NCBI GenBank assembly: GCA_030658975.1
Contig: JAUSBL010000055.1
Span: 971 to 64,970 of the forward strand
Direction: 5' to 3'
Origin: Candidatus Latescibacterota bacterium
Lineage (GTDB): Bacteria > Krumholzibacteriota > Krumholzibacteriia > LZORAL124-64-63
Length of the DNA stretch: 64,000 nt
Of this stretch, positions 37,049 to 44,794 are shown piece by piece (positions within the stretch are counted from its first letter, which is position 1; every line of letters begins with the position of its first letter). Position numbers and translations under genes: made by a program. Below the pieces are notes generated by a model. That model ran no database searches and had not been told where the DNA came from. It was given only the letters and a program-made list of their open reading frames with translations.

Positions 37049-38427
37049 GAGCGAACTCCTTTCAACGCGGGTAGCTGGGTGCAGGCGATTCCGGCGCGCT
37101 CCAGTGCGGCCGGGCTGCCGTCGCGGCTCACCAGCGCGTGCAACTGCGTGCCCGCCGTTTTCGCTACGAGCTGCCGGTCCAGCGCCTCGATGTAACCGTC
37201 GGTGACCACCACGGCCGCTGTCGGGCGCGTCCTGACCAGGTGTTCAAGCACGCAGGACATGCTGGTGCCGCCCGTGGTCTGCGCCTTCAGGGCGCCGCGC
37301 TCGATGACCGCGGGTGCGACAGTGTCGCTGAAGGCCCAGAACGGCCGGCGGATCAGGCCCGACAGTTGCCCGAGCAGGGCCACGAGGTGCGGCATCTCGG
37401 CGCTCATGGATCCCGACACATCCAGGTAGACCTGGGCCGTGCCGGTGTGGCGCGGCGCCGTCCCTCCCCAGCCTGCTTCCGGCAGGAAAGGCGCCCACTG
37501 CGATCGCAGGAAGGCGCGGCGATCCTGCGGCGACAGCACCGGCAGGCGGTACTCGTGCGGAGATTCGATACAACGTCGCGAAAGGCGGTCGGGCGTGAGG
37601 TGGCGCCGGAGGATCGCGAGCGTCGTCGCCCGCCACTGCCGCAATGGCGCCTCGGCTGACGCGACGAGCGCCTCGTAGGAATTGCAGCCGACGCCGCGGC
37701 CTCCGGGTGAGCGCCAGATCCCTCGCCCGTTCATTTCCCGCATCGACTTCTCGAGAGTCTCCTGAAGCGGGCCCGACAGCTCGCGGCCGAGCTCGTCGTG
37801 ATTGCCGAGCAGATCGCCGGCATCGTCGCCTCCGTCGTCACCGAACGTGAAGGGGCCCGCACCCGGCGTTCCCGAGACCATCCCCGCCAAGTGCGTGGCG
37901 AGCGCCTCTATGTCATCGACGATCAGGCGCCCCGCATATAGGCTCGACCAGGCGCGGATCCAATACGGCAACTGGGGGTACTCATCTCGGCCGCTGTGGG
38001 CGGACAGCCAGTCATGCTCTTCCCCGTTCATCGGGCGGAGGAGTTTCTGGCGGCCTGCGGCATCTGCATAGTAGCGCCCCATCATCCCGGAATACCCGGG
38101 GCCGTACTGGCGGTGAATGATGGCGTTGATCACGGCGTCGACCGCCAGATGACGGGCCGGAGTCAGCATCTGCCGCTGCTCCGTGTGGCGCAGGATCACG
38201 TGGAGAAATTCGTGGCAGATGACCGCCTTCACCTCGTCGTCGCTGGTGCAGTGTTCGCGGACGAATGCGAGGTTGACCAGCAACCGGGGCCGGTCGGCGC
38301 AGGTCACCGCCAGCGTCGGCACCGCGTTGGTGAATTCGACTTCGAGGATCCGCAACGCGGCCCGGATGGCGAACGGATTTTCGTCGACCAATTCCAGCAG
38401 GATCGAGCGGAAGCGCTTTTCGTTCAT
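37045..38427 (-). CDS. HExxH metallopeptidase-like N-domain fused to a vWA domain (DUF2201_N/DUF2201-type MoxR partner)
   Basis: ATG 38427 in ORF 37045-38877 (GGAGGGA SD). HEFLHVILRH; MIDAS-like YLDVSGSM...TTGGTS...VVVTDGY. ATGA overlaps at both ends. Confidence 0.75.
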   Translation of the reverse strand: MNEKRFRSILLELVDENPFAIRAALRILEVEFTNAVPTLAVTCADRPRLLVNLAFVREHCTSDDEVKAVICHEFLHVILRHTEQRQMLTPARHLAVDAVINAIIHRQYGPGYSGMMGRYYADAAGRQKLLRPMNGEEHDWLSAHSGRDEYPQLPYWIRAWSSLYAGRLIVDDIEALATHLAGMVSGTPGAGPFTFGDDGGDDAGDLLGNHDELGRELSGPLQETLEKSMREMNGRGIWRSPGGRGVGCNSYEALVASAEAPLRQWRATTLAILRRHLTPDRLSRRCIESPHEYRLPVLSPQDRRAFLRSQWAPFLPEAGWGGTAPRHTGTAQVYLDVSGSMSAEMPHLVALLGQLSGLIRRPFWAFSDTVAPAVIERGALKAQTTGGTSMSCVLEHLVRTRPTAAVVVTDGYIEALDRQLVAKTAGTQLHALVSRDGSPAALERAGIACTQLPALKGVRS

Positions 38428-38891
38428 GAGTAGAATCCCTCCAGGTCGAAGAGTTCGAGCCCGCGTCCGAGGCTTGATGCCGTCCACAACACCGGCCGCG
38501 CCGGGTCGTAGAGCTGGGCCGTGCAAAGGCCGAGCATCAAAGCCTGCCGCAGCACCGCGGCACGACTTCCCCGCTCCACCGAGAGCCGCCCGGCGTCCGG
38601 CGGCAATGGACGGCATACCAGCCGCTTCTCGGGGATCGAGAACACGCCGCGCAGACTCTCGGGGCCGGCATAGCCCGCTTCGACCAGCAGGCGCTCCAAT
38701 GTCTCTACGCAGTCCGCTGCGCCGAAAGTCAGCCCGAGCCTGATCACGCGTGGGCAGCGAATCGCACCTTCGTCCTTTCCCAGCAGCGTGGAAGCAAGGT
38801 GTTCGGTGCGGACGCGGCTCATGGGGCCGCCCATGTTCGCGTGCAGGGCGGGGCGGCATGCCCGCCGTGTGTTCCACCCGGATGGATTCAT
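38424..38891 (-). CDS. 155-aa protein of unknown function wedged between the MoxR and vWA genes
   Basis: C-terminal part of track ORF 38424-39662. ATG 38891 overlaps the MoxR stop (ATGA) and its own stop overlaps the next start (ATGA). I recognise no motif. Alternative starts: 38834 and 38822. Confidence 0.5.
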   Translation of the reverse strand: MNPSGWNTRRACRPALHANMGGPMSRVRTEHLASTLLGKDEGAIRCPRVIRLGLTFGAADCVETLERLLVEAGYAGPESLRGVFSIPEKRLVCRPLPPDAGRLSVERGSRAAVLRQALMLGLCTAQLYDPARPVLWTASSLGRGLELFDLEGFYS

Positions 38892-40288
38892 GAGCGCACC
38901 CGCTGGTTTAACAGCGCGACGCAGGCTTCGATCTCCGCCTCCAGTTCGGCCGGGGCATGGGGGTGGACGTTGGCGACCAGACACCAGTTGAAGAATTGAC
39001 TCGCCCTTTCGTAACGACCGTCTCGGGTACCCAGATCGGCGAGCACGCGCGCGAAGCTGGTGTAAAACGGACTGACCGAATCGCTCTCGCTCAGACGTTC
39101 GTACCAGGAGAACTCTCCCGATACGGACAGGATGGGTGCAGCCAGCTTGCCGAGATCGTTGACCCCCTCCGCTCCGATCGCGAGCGCGCCTCCGGCGGCG
39201 GCCGCGTAGGTGGCGAAGGCGAAGGCAGCGGCACGGGCCCTGGTTTCGGATGCCAGGAATTGGGCCACGGCCTGTGTTCCCTGATCCGGATCGGTGCAAC
39301 GGTCGATCAGGATGCCGAGCTTCTTCGCCAGCGTCTTCTCGGCCAGGAACTGATGGATCCAGTTGGCTTGGGTCGCGAATCCGCTTTCCCAGGCAAGGCG
39401 ATGGGCCGCCGTGAGGGCCGCCCTGTTGACCTCGACCCCCCAGGTGCGATGAGGCAGACTGGCCCGGAGCACGTCCGAAAAGAGGCTGTCGGTTTCTTTC
39501 CCGACCACGATCGCGGCCGCCAGCAGGCTGCGAGCCAGCAGGCGCGAACGGCGTGGTGATATCCGGATATTCGCGCTGTTGAGTGCCGTGGTCGCGCTGG
39601 TGACGTAGGTCAGGATGCGCGGCGGGCAGCCCTCGATCCGCTCGAGGAAGGTCCGCCGCCACGTCTCGACCAGCCCCTTAAGCCGCCCCCCGTCATCGGT
39701 GACTTTCCCCTCCCCGCTCGGATCTGCAACGAGGCTCCGCGCCTCGTCGTCCAGGCCGTCCCAGTCAGGCGCCTCCACGAACAGCGCGAACCGGTCGGCC
39801 AGCGCCTGGTCCAGCGGCTCCGAGCCCGCGTAGTCCTCGGCCCCGCCCTGGTCCGTCGAGCACGGGTTCATCGCCGCCCAGCGGTAGCGCAGCCTGGGCA
39901 GCGCGATCCCCTGGACCCGTCGTTCGTGCACGAGCGCGAACAGGCGGTTCTGGTGCTCGGGCTTGCAGCGGCTGATCTCGTCGACCAGCACCGACTCGGC
40001 GCCCCAGACCGTGGCCGGCGTCTCGAGGAACTTCACGCCGCCGTGTTCCTGGTCCGGGTAGGGGAAGCCGACCAGGTCGTCGAAGGAGATCAGGCTGGCG
40101 TTGTAGTGGCGGTGCTCGAGGCCCAGGGCCTCGGAGAGGGAGTTGAGCAGGTAGGTCTTGCCGGTGCCCGAAGACCCGATCAGCAGGAGCGGATCCTCGG
40201 TGACCAGCGCGGCCAGGATCACCGGCTCGAGCCGTTCGAATCCGTAGACGCCGAGAGCGGACAGACGGGAATGCGCACAGGTAGGCAC
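38888..40288 (-). CDS. MoxR-like AAA+ ATPase with ~250-aa C-terminal extension
   Basis: 466-aa ORF. GTG start preceded by AAAGGAGGA. Walker A LLIGSSGTGKTYL, Walker B SVLVDEISRCKPEHQN, and an AAA lid region. Confidence 0.8.
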   Translation of the reverse strand: MPTCAHSRLSALGVYGFERLEPVILAALVTEDPLLLIGSSGTGKTYLLNSLSEALGLEHRHYNASLISFDDLVGFPYPDQEHGGVKFLETPATVWGAESVLVDEISRCKPEHQNRLFALVHERRVQGIALPRLRYRWAAMNPCSTDQGGAEDYAGSEPLDQALADRFALFVEAPDWDGLDDEARSLVADPSGEGKVTDDGGRLKGLVETWRRTFLERIEGCPPRILTYVTSATTALNSANIRISPRRSRLLARSLLAAAIVVGKETDSLFSDVLRASLPHRTWGVEVNRAALTAAHRLAWESGFATQANWIHQFLAEKTLAKKLGILIDRCTDPDQGTQAVAQFLASETRARAAAFAFATYAAAAGGALAIGAEGVNDLGKLAAPILSVSGEFSWYERLSESDSVSPFYTSFARVLADLGTRDGRYERASQFFNWCLVANVHPHAPAELEAEIEACVALLNQRVRS

Positions 40289-40292
40289 GTGG

Positions 40293-40355
40293 TCCTCCTT
40301 TTAGCGGATTTGCCGGAATGGCGGGGCCGCAAGCTGGATTCAAATCCCCCGGCCC
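40293..40355 (-). promoter_or_regulatory. Structured leader element upstream of the MoxR gene, paralogous to the metK leader element; its 3' strand runs into the SD
   Basis: Minus-sense sequence: GGCCGGGG-GATTTGAATCCAGCTTGCGG-CCCCGCC-ATTCCGG-CAAATCC-GCTAAAAGGAGGA-CCAC-GTG. It shares GATTTGAnTnCAGCTTGCGG and AAATCC(A)GCTAAA with the metK leader. Confidence 0.55.
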
Positions 40356-40420
40356 GTCAGGTGGGCCAGCCCTTCGCGCGGCGCCGCCGCTCACGGGCGA
40401 CGCCGGCGTCCTTCACTCCT

Positions 40421-41578
40421 TCAATTGTCCGTCGTGACGTGTTCCCACAGGAAGTCGGGCTTCTCGCGCCCGAAGTGCCCATAGGCCGCCGTGTCGAAGT
40501 AGATGGGCCGCAGCAGCCGCAGCCGCTCGATGATCCCGGCCGGCGTGAGATCGAACTCCGCGCGCAGGGCCGCGGCGATCTCCGCATCACGCGTGCGCCC
40601 CGCCGCGGGCGTCATGACCAGGAAGCTGACCGGCTCGGCTTCGCCGATCGCGTAGGCCAGCTGGACGAGGCACTTGCCGGCCCAGCCGCGCGCCACGACG
40701 GTCTTGGCCAGGAAGCGCGTCATGTAGGCGGCCGAGCGGTCGACCTTCGAGGGATCCTTGCCCGAGAACGCGCCGCCGCCGTGGGGCGCCGCGCCGCCGT
40801 AGGTGTCGACGATGATCTTGCGTCCGGTCAGGCCGGTGTCGCCCTTCGGACCGCCGACGGTGAAGGAGCCGCTGGGGTTGATGTACTCGCGGTAGCCGGC
40901 GCTGCGTCTCGCCGCGGGAATGACCGGGTCGATGATGTGCTCGCGCACCTGCGCCTGCAGCTCAGCCAACCCGATGCCCGGATCGTGCTGGGTGGAGAGC
41001 ACCACCGCTTCGACCGCGACCGGGCGGCCATCCTCGTAGCGGTAGCTCACCTGCGACTTGGCGTCCGGGCTCAGCCAGGGCAGCGTGCCGCAGCGGCGGA
41101 CCTCGGCCTGCTTCTGCATCAGCCGGTGGGCGTCGACGATGGGCGCCGGCATCAGCACGCCGGTCTCGTCGCAGGCGTAGCCGAACATCAGACCCTGATC
41201 GCCCGCGCCCTGCGCACCCTGCGCGCCCTTCACGGCTGCGGTGATCTCGGAGGCCTGGCGGTTGAAGCGCACGTCGATGAAGCAATTGTCGGGATCGATG
41301 CCCGAATCCGCATCGGCGTAGCCGGTGTCGCGGATGACGGCGCGGGTCAGTTCCTTCGCGCGGGCGCTCACCGCGTCGAAATCCTCGTCCCGTTCGGTCC
41401 GGAACTCGCCCGCCACCACGACGTGCTGGTCGGCGAGCAGCGTCTCGCAGGCGACGCGCGCCGCGGGGTCCAGTTCCAGGAAGGCATCGACGAGCGCATC
41501 GGAGATGCGGTCGGCCAGCTTGTCGGGATGACCCTCGGAGACCGATTCGGAGGTGAAAACACCGTCGCGGATGAACAT
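40421..41578 (-). CDS. metK: S-adenosylmethionine synthetase (canonical)
   Basis: ATG 41578 in ORF 40421-41596. It contains ESVSEGHPDKLADRISDA, GAGDQGLMFGYA, GDTGLTGRKIIVDTYGG and GGGAFSGKDPSKVDRSAAY. Confidence 0.95.
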   Translation of the reverse strand: MFIRDGVFTSESVSEGHPDKLADRISDALVDAFLELDPAARVACETLLADQHVVVAGEFRTERDEDFDAVSARAKELTRAVIRDTGYADADSGIDPDNCFIDVRFNRQASEITAAVKGAQGAQGAGDQGLMFGYACDETGVLMPAPIVDAHRLMQKQAEVRRCGTLPWLSPDAKSQVSYRYEDGRPVAVEAVVLSTQHDPGIGLAELQAQVREHIIDPVIPAARRSAGYREYINPSGSFTVGGPKGDTGLTGRKIIVDTYGGAAPHGGGAFSGKDPSKVDRSAAYMTRFLAKTVVARGWAGKCLVQLAYAIGEAEPVSFLVMTPAAGRTRDAEIAAALRAEFDLTPAGIIERLRLLRPIYFDTAAYGHFGREKPDFLWEHVTTDN

Positions 41579-41588
41579 GAGTTCCCCC

Positions 41589-41684
41589 AAACACAACAGC
41601 CCGCTCAGCTTGACGCCAAAGCGGGCTTCCTCTCGCTTTAGCTGGATTTGTATAGCGCCCGCAAGCTGAACTCAAATCGGCGCT
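41589..41684 (-). promoter_or_regulatory. metK 5' leader: candidate H-type pseudoknot riboswitch (SAM-II/V-like layout) followed by an intrinsic terminator
   Basis: Minus-sense sequence: AGCGCC-GATTTGAGTTCAGCTTGCG-GGCGCT-ATA-CAAATC-CAGCTAAAGCGAGAGG (41684-41634). This is followed by stem AGCCCGCT (41627-41620) / AGCGGGCT (41605-41598) and GUUGUGUUU. Confidence 0.5.
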
Positions 41685-41694
41685 GCTCCGTACC

Positions 41695-41722
41695 ATGATA
41701 CGACTCCGGCGGACGATGTCAA
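41695..41722 (-). promoter_or_regulatory. Sigma70-type promoter of metK
   Basis: Minus strand: TTGACA (41722-41717), 16-nt spacer, TATCAT (41700-41695). Confidence 0.6.
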
Positions 41723-41946
41723 GGGGCGCGCGAACTCCGACTTGCGCGGCCGCGGGGGTCGGGATGCCACACTTCAGACATCCCCCCACGGGAAAGGACC
41801 GCGCAGGTGCAGGACGACAGCCTCCGCCACAGCCTCGGCGAACGCGTCAAGGAGTTCACGGCCCAGACGCGTTCGTCGACCACGGCGGCGTTCACGATGA
41901 CGTACAACTTCTAGGCCACGGCGCAGCGACGCCTCGCCACAGCAGA

Positions 41947-41978
41947 AGGGGGCGGATCCCGTCTGGGACCCGCCCCCT
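41947..41978. terminator. Hairpin terminator downstream of the qNOR gene (U-tracts on both strands)
   Basis: AGGGGGCGGATCCC / GGGACCCGCCCCCT with GTCT loop. The plus strand continues CCGUUUUAU and the minus strand continues UCUGCUGU. Confidence 0.5.
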
Positions 41979-42002
41979 CCGTTTTATCGCGGGCCCGGTC
42001 GA

Positions 42003-44294
42003 TCAACCGCGGCGCGGCGTCGCCGCCGCTTCGGGCGCCGGCAGGTCCGTCCCGACGCGCACCGACCACCCCGTCTTCAGCCCGATCACGAACCACGCCA
42101 GGGCCAGCGTCCCGACCGCGAAGATCGTGTCGCCGATCACCCGCAGCCAGCGCAGGGTCTGCAGGTAGTCCTGCTGCAGGAACTCGGCCGAGCGGGCGTA
42201 CCACAGCCCGTCGCGCACGCTGGCCATCGTCTGGGCCAGGCCCACCGGCAGCACGCTGATCAGCACCATGGCCGCCAGGCCGATGTTGATGGCCCAGAAG
42301 GCGAAGCGGATGACCCCGTCCTTCCAGATCCGGCGCGCGGCCAGGCCCTTGAGCACGAAGAGCATCAGCCCGATGCCCAGCATGCCGTAGACCCCGAACA
42401 GCGCCGTGTGGCCGTGCACCGGCGTGGTGTTCAGGCCCTGCATGTAGTAGAGCGCGATGGGCGGGTTGATGAGGAAGCCGAAGATGCCCGCGCCCACCAG
42501 GTTCCAGAACGCCACCGCGATGAAGCAGTAGATCGGCCACTTGTAGGCCTCGAGCCACGGCTTGGCGCGGCTGAGCGTGAGGTTGTGGTAGGCCTCGAAG
42601 CCCATCAGCACCAGCGGCACCACTTCCAGGGCGCTGAAGGTGGCGCCCAGCGCCAGCACCGCCGTCGGGGTGCCAGTGAAGTAGAGGTGGTGGAAGGTGC
42701 CGATGATGCCGCCGGCCAGAAAGACGTTCGTGGAGAAGAGCGTGGCGGCGGTCGCCGTCTTCACCCTCAGCAGCCCCAGGCGCACGAAGAGGAAGGCGAT
42801 CACCACGGTGGCGAAGACCTCGAAGAACCCTTCCACCCACAGGTGCACCACCCACCAGCGCCAGTACTCGGCGATGGCCAGGTTGGTCTGCCGCCCCCAC
42901 ATCAGCCCCGCGCCGTAGAACCCGGCGATGGCTACGCACGAGATCACCAGCATCACCAGCAGCGGGCGGTTCTGGTCGGCCCGCCGCAGGGCCGGCCGCA
43001 GAGAGGCGACCATCAGCCCGAGCCACAGCAGCAGCCCGACCAGCAGCAGGATCTGCCACAGCCGGCCAAGGTCGACGTACTCGTAGCCCTGGTGCCCGAA
43101 CCAGAAGTTCCCGACCAGGCCCAGCCGCTGCATGATGCCGAACCACTGGCCGGCCAGCGAGCCGACGACCACGATCAGCAGGGCGCCGAACAGCACGTTC
43201 ACGCCCAGACGCTGGAATCGCGGCTCGTGCCCCGACACCGCCGGCCCGATGAACAGCCCGGTCGCAAGCCACGAGGTGGCGATCCAGAAGATGGCCAACT
43301 GGACGTGCCAGGTGCGCGACAGCGAATACGGCAGCACGGCGCTCAGGTCCAGGCCGTAGAAGCCGCTCCCCTCCACGCCGTAGTGGGCGGTGACGGCGCC
43401 CAGGACGACCTGCACCACGATCAGGGCGGTGACCACCCAGAAATATTTCAAAGTCGCCTGCATGGAGGCCGTCGGGGACAGCGCGAGCAGGGGGTCCTGC
43501 TCGGGCAGGATGCCGGGATCGAACCCCTCCTCGCGATTGGCCGCGTAGTACCAGGCGAGCAGCGCGATGCCGGCGATCAGCAGGATCACCGAGAAGCCCG
43601 TCCAGAGGATGAGGCTGCCGGTGGGCCGGTTGCCGACCAGGTTGTCCGGCGGCCAGTTGTTGGTGTAGGTGATGTCGGCGCCCGGGCGCTCGGTGACGCA
43701 GACCCAGGAGGCCCAGAAGAAGAACGCCGTCAGGTCGTCCAGCCGGTCGGGATCGCCGACCGTCACCTCGCGCATGGCGTAGGCCTCGCGCAGGTCGGCC
43801 TGCGACGGATCGCCGCCGAACAGCCCGCGAAAATGTTCCGCCACGGTGCGCACCGCCGCGACCCGCGCCGCCGACAGGCGCAGGTCGCCGGACCCCGCGT
43901 CGTAGGTGTTGGACCGCAGCTCGGCCTGCAGCCGCGCCTCGAGGGCGGCGCGCGTCTCGACGTCCAGGCGGTCCGCATCGACGCCGTGCTCCGCGTGCGA
44001 CCAGGCGTTCAGCATGACCTCGGCCTCGCGGTGCAACCAGTCGGCCGACCAGTCCGGCGCCAGGTAGGCGCCGTGCCCCCAGACCGAGCCCAGTTCCTGC
44101 CCGCCCGTGGACTGCCAGACGTTCTGCCCGTCCTTGATGTCCTGCCCGGTGAAGAGCAGCGCGCCGTCCTCGCCGACCACGCGCTGCGGCACCGGCGGCG
44201 CCTGGCGGTAGATCTCCCGCCCGAAGTAGCCGAGCACGGCGAAGGAGAGCCCCACCACCAGCCCGAAGACGATCCAGAGTCTCTTGTAGCTCAT
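42003..44294 (-). CDS. norZ: Quinol-dependent nitric oxide reductase (qNOR, single-subunit NorZ/NorB type)
   Basis: 763-aa ORF. N-terminal TM plus periplasmic domain (DIKDGQNVWQSTGGQELGSVWGHGAY), then a 12-TM heme-copper-oxidase-like core with conserved His (HLWVEGFFE, FHHLYF, HGHTALFG). Confidence 0.85.
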   Translation of the reverse strand: MSYKRLWIVFGLVVGLSFAVLGYFGREIYRQAPPVPQRVVGEDGALLFTGQDIKDGQNVWQSTGGQELGSVWGHGAYLAPDWSADWLHREAEVMLNAWSHAEHGVDADRLDVETRAALEARLQAELRSNTYDAGSGDLRLSAARVAAVRTVAEHFRGLFGGDPSQADLREAYAMREVTVGDPDRLDDLTAFFFWASWVCVTERPGADITYTNNWPPDNLVGNRPTGSLILWTGFSVILLIAGIALLAWYYAANREEGFDPGILPEQDPLLALSPTASMQATLKYFWVVTALIVVQVVLGAVTAHYGVEGSGFYGLDLSAVLPYSLSRTWHVQLAIFWIATSWLATGLFIGPAVSGHEPRFQRLGVNVLFGALLIVVVGSLAGQWFGIMQRLGLVGNFWFGHQGYEYVDLGRLWQILLLVGLLLWLGLMVASLRPALRRADQNRPLLVMLVISCVAIAGFYGAGLMWGRQTNLAIAEYWRWWVVHLWVEGFFEVFATVVIAFLFVRLGLLRVKTATAATLFSTNVFLAGGIIGTFHHLYFTGTPTAVLALGATFSALEVVPLVLMGFEAYHNLTLSRAKPWLEAYKWPIYCFIAVAFWNLVGAGIFGFLINPPIALYYMQGLNTTPVHGHTALFGVYGMLGIGLMLFVLKGLAARRIWKDGVIRFAFWAINIGLAAMVLISVLPVGLAQTMASVRDGLWYARSAEFLQQDYLQTLRWLRVIGDTIFAVGTLALAWFVIGLKTGWSVRVGTDLPAPEAAATPRRG

Positions 44295-44339
44295 CGCACC
44301 ATCCTTTCCGTCGCGTTCACCTTGCTTCGAACTCAGAAT

Positions 44340-44365
44340 CTCAACGCATCCATATATCCATTAAG
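44340..44365. promoter_or_regulatory. Rrf2/NsrR-type operator candidate upstream of the qNOR gene
   Basis: CTCAACGCATCCATATATCCATTAAG matches the palindrome at 44795-44820 at 18 of 26 positions by my alignment (shared CTCAAC..AT...T.TATCC.TT.AG). Confidence 0.45.
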
Positions 44366-44387
44366 GAGGCAAAAGGGGGGGCGACCT

Positions 44388-44786
44388 TCACTGGGCCAGG
44401 TCGGCCACCCGGGTCGTCGTGATCATGCGGGTGAAGCCGTCGCGGACTCCCGCCCACTCCGCGTGCATGGCGCAGGGGTGCCCGGCGTCGCAGGCCGGCC
44501 GCCCCAGGGCGCAGTCGGTGCGCTCGGCGCTGCCGAGCCCGTCGAACACGACCAGCACATCGCGGATGGGCCGGGTCTCCGCCCCCTCGCGCAGGCGGAA
44601 ACCGCCGCCCCAGCCCTTCTGGGACTCCACCAACCCCGCCTTGCGCAACTGGTTGAGGATCTTGGCCAGATAGTTGGCGGGGATGCCGGTCGCCGCGGCG
44701 ATCTCCTCGCCGCGCAGCTGCTGGGCGGGGCGGGCGGCCAGATAGCCGAGGATTTGGAAGGCGTAGCGGGCTGTGCGGCTGATCAT
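44388..44786 (-). CDS. nsrR: Rrf2-family transcriptional regulator, NsrR-like (three C-terminal Cys)
   Basis: 132-aa ORF. It contains MISRTARYAFQILGYLA and IPANYLAKILNQLRKAGLVES, plus the Cys triad CALGRPACDAGHPC. It lies immediately upstream of qNOR. Confidence 0.7.
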   Translation of the reverse strand: MISRTARYAFQILGYLAARPAQQLRGEEIAAATGIPANYLAKILNQLRKAGLVESQKGWGGGFRLREGAETRPIRDVLVVFDGLGSAERTDCALGRPACDAGHPCAMHAEWAGVRDGFTRMITTTRVADLAQ

Positions 44787-44794
44787 TTTGTCAC

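Noticed and set aside
41807-41914. 36-codon plus-strand ORF (VQDDSLRHSLGERVKEFTAQTRSS...) resembling the start of an XRE-type HTH, between the metK promoter and the qNOR terminator
   Set aside because: It is too short, has no SD and has an incomplete HTH. It could be a gene remnant, but the evidence is insufficient to call a pseudogene.
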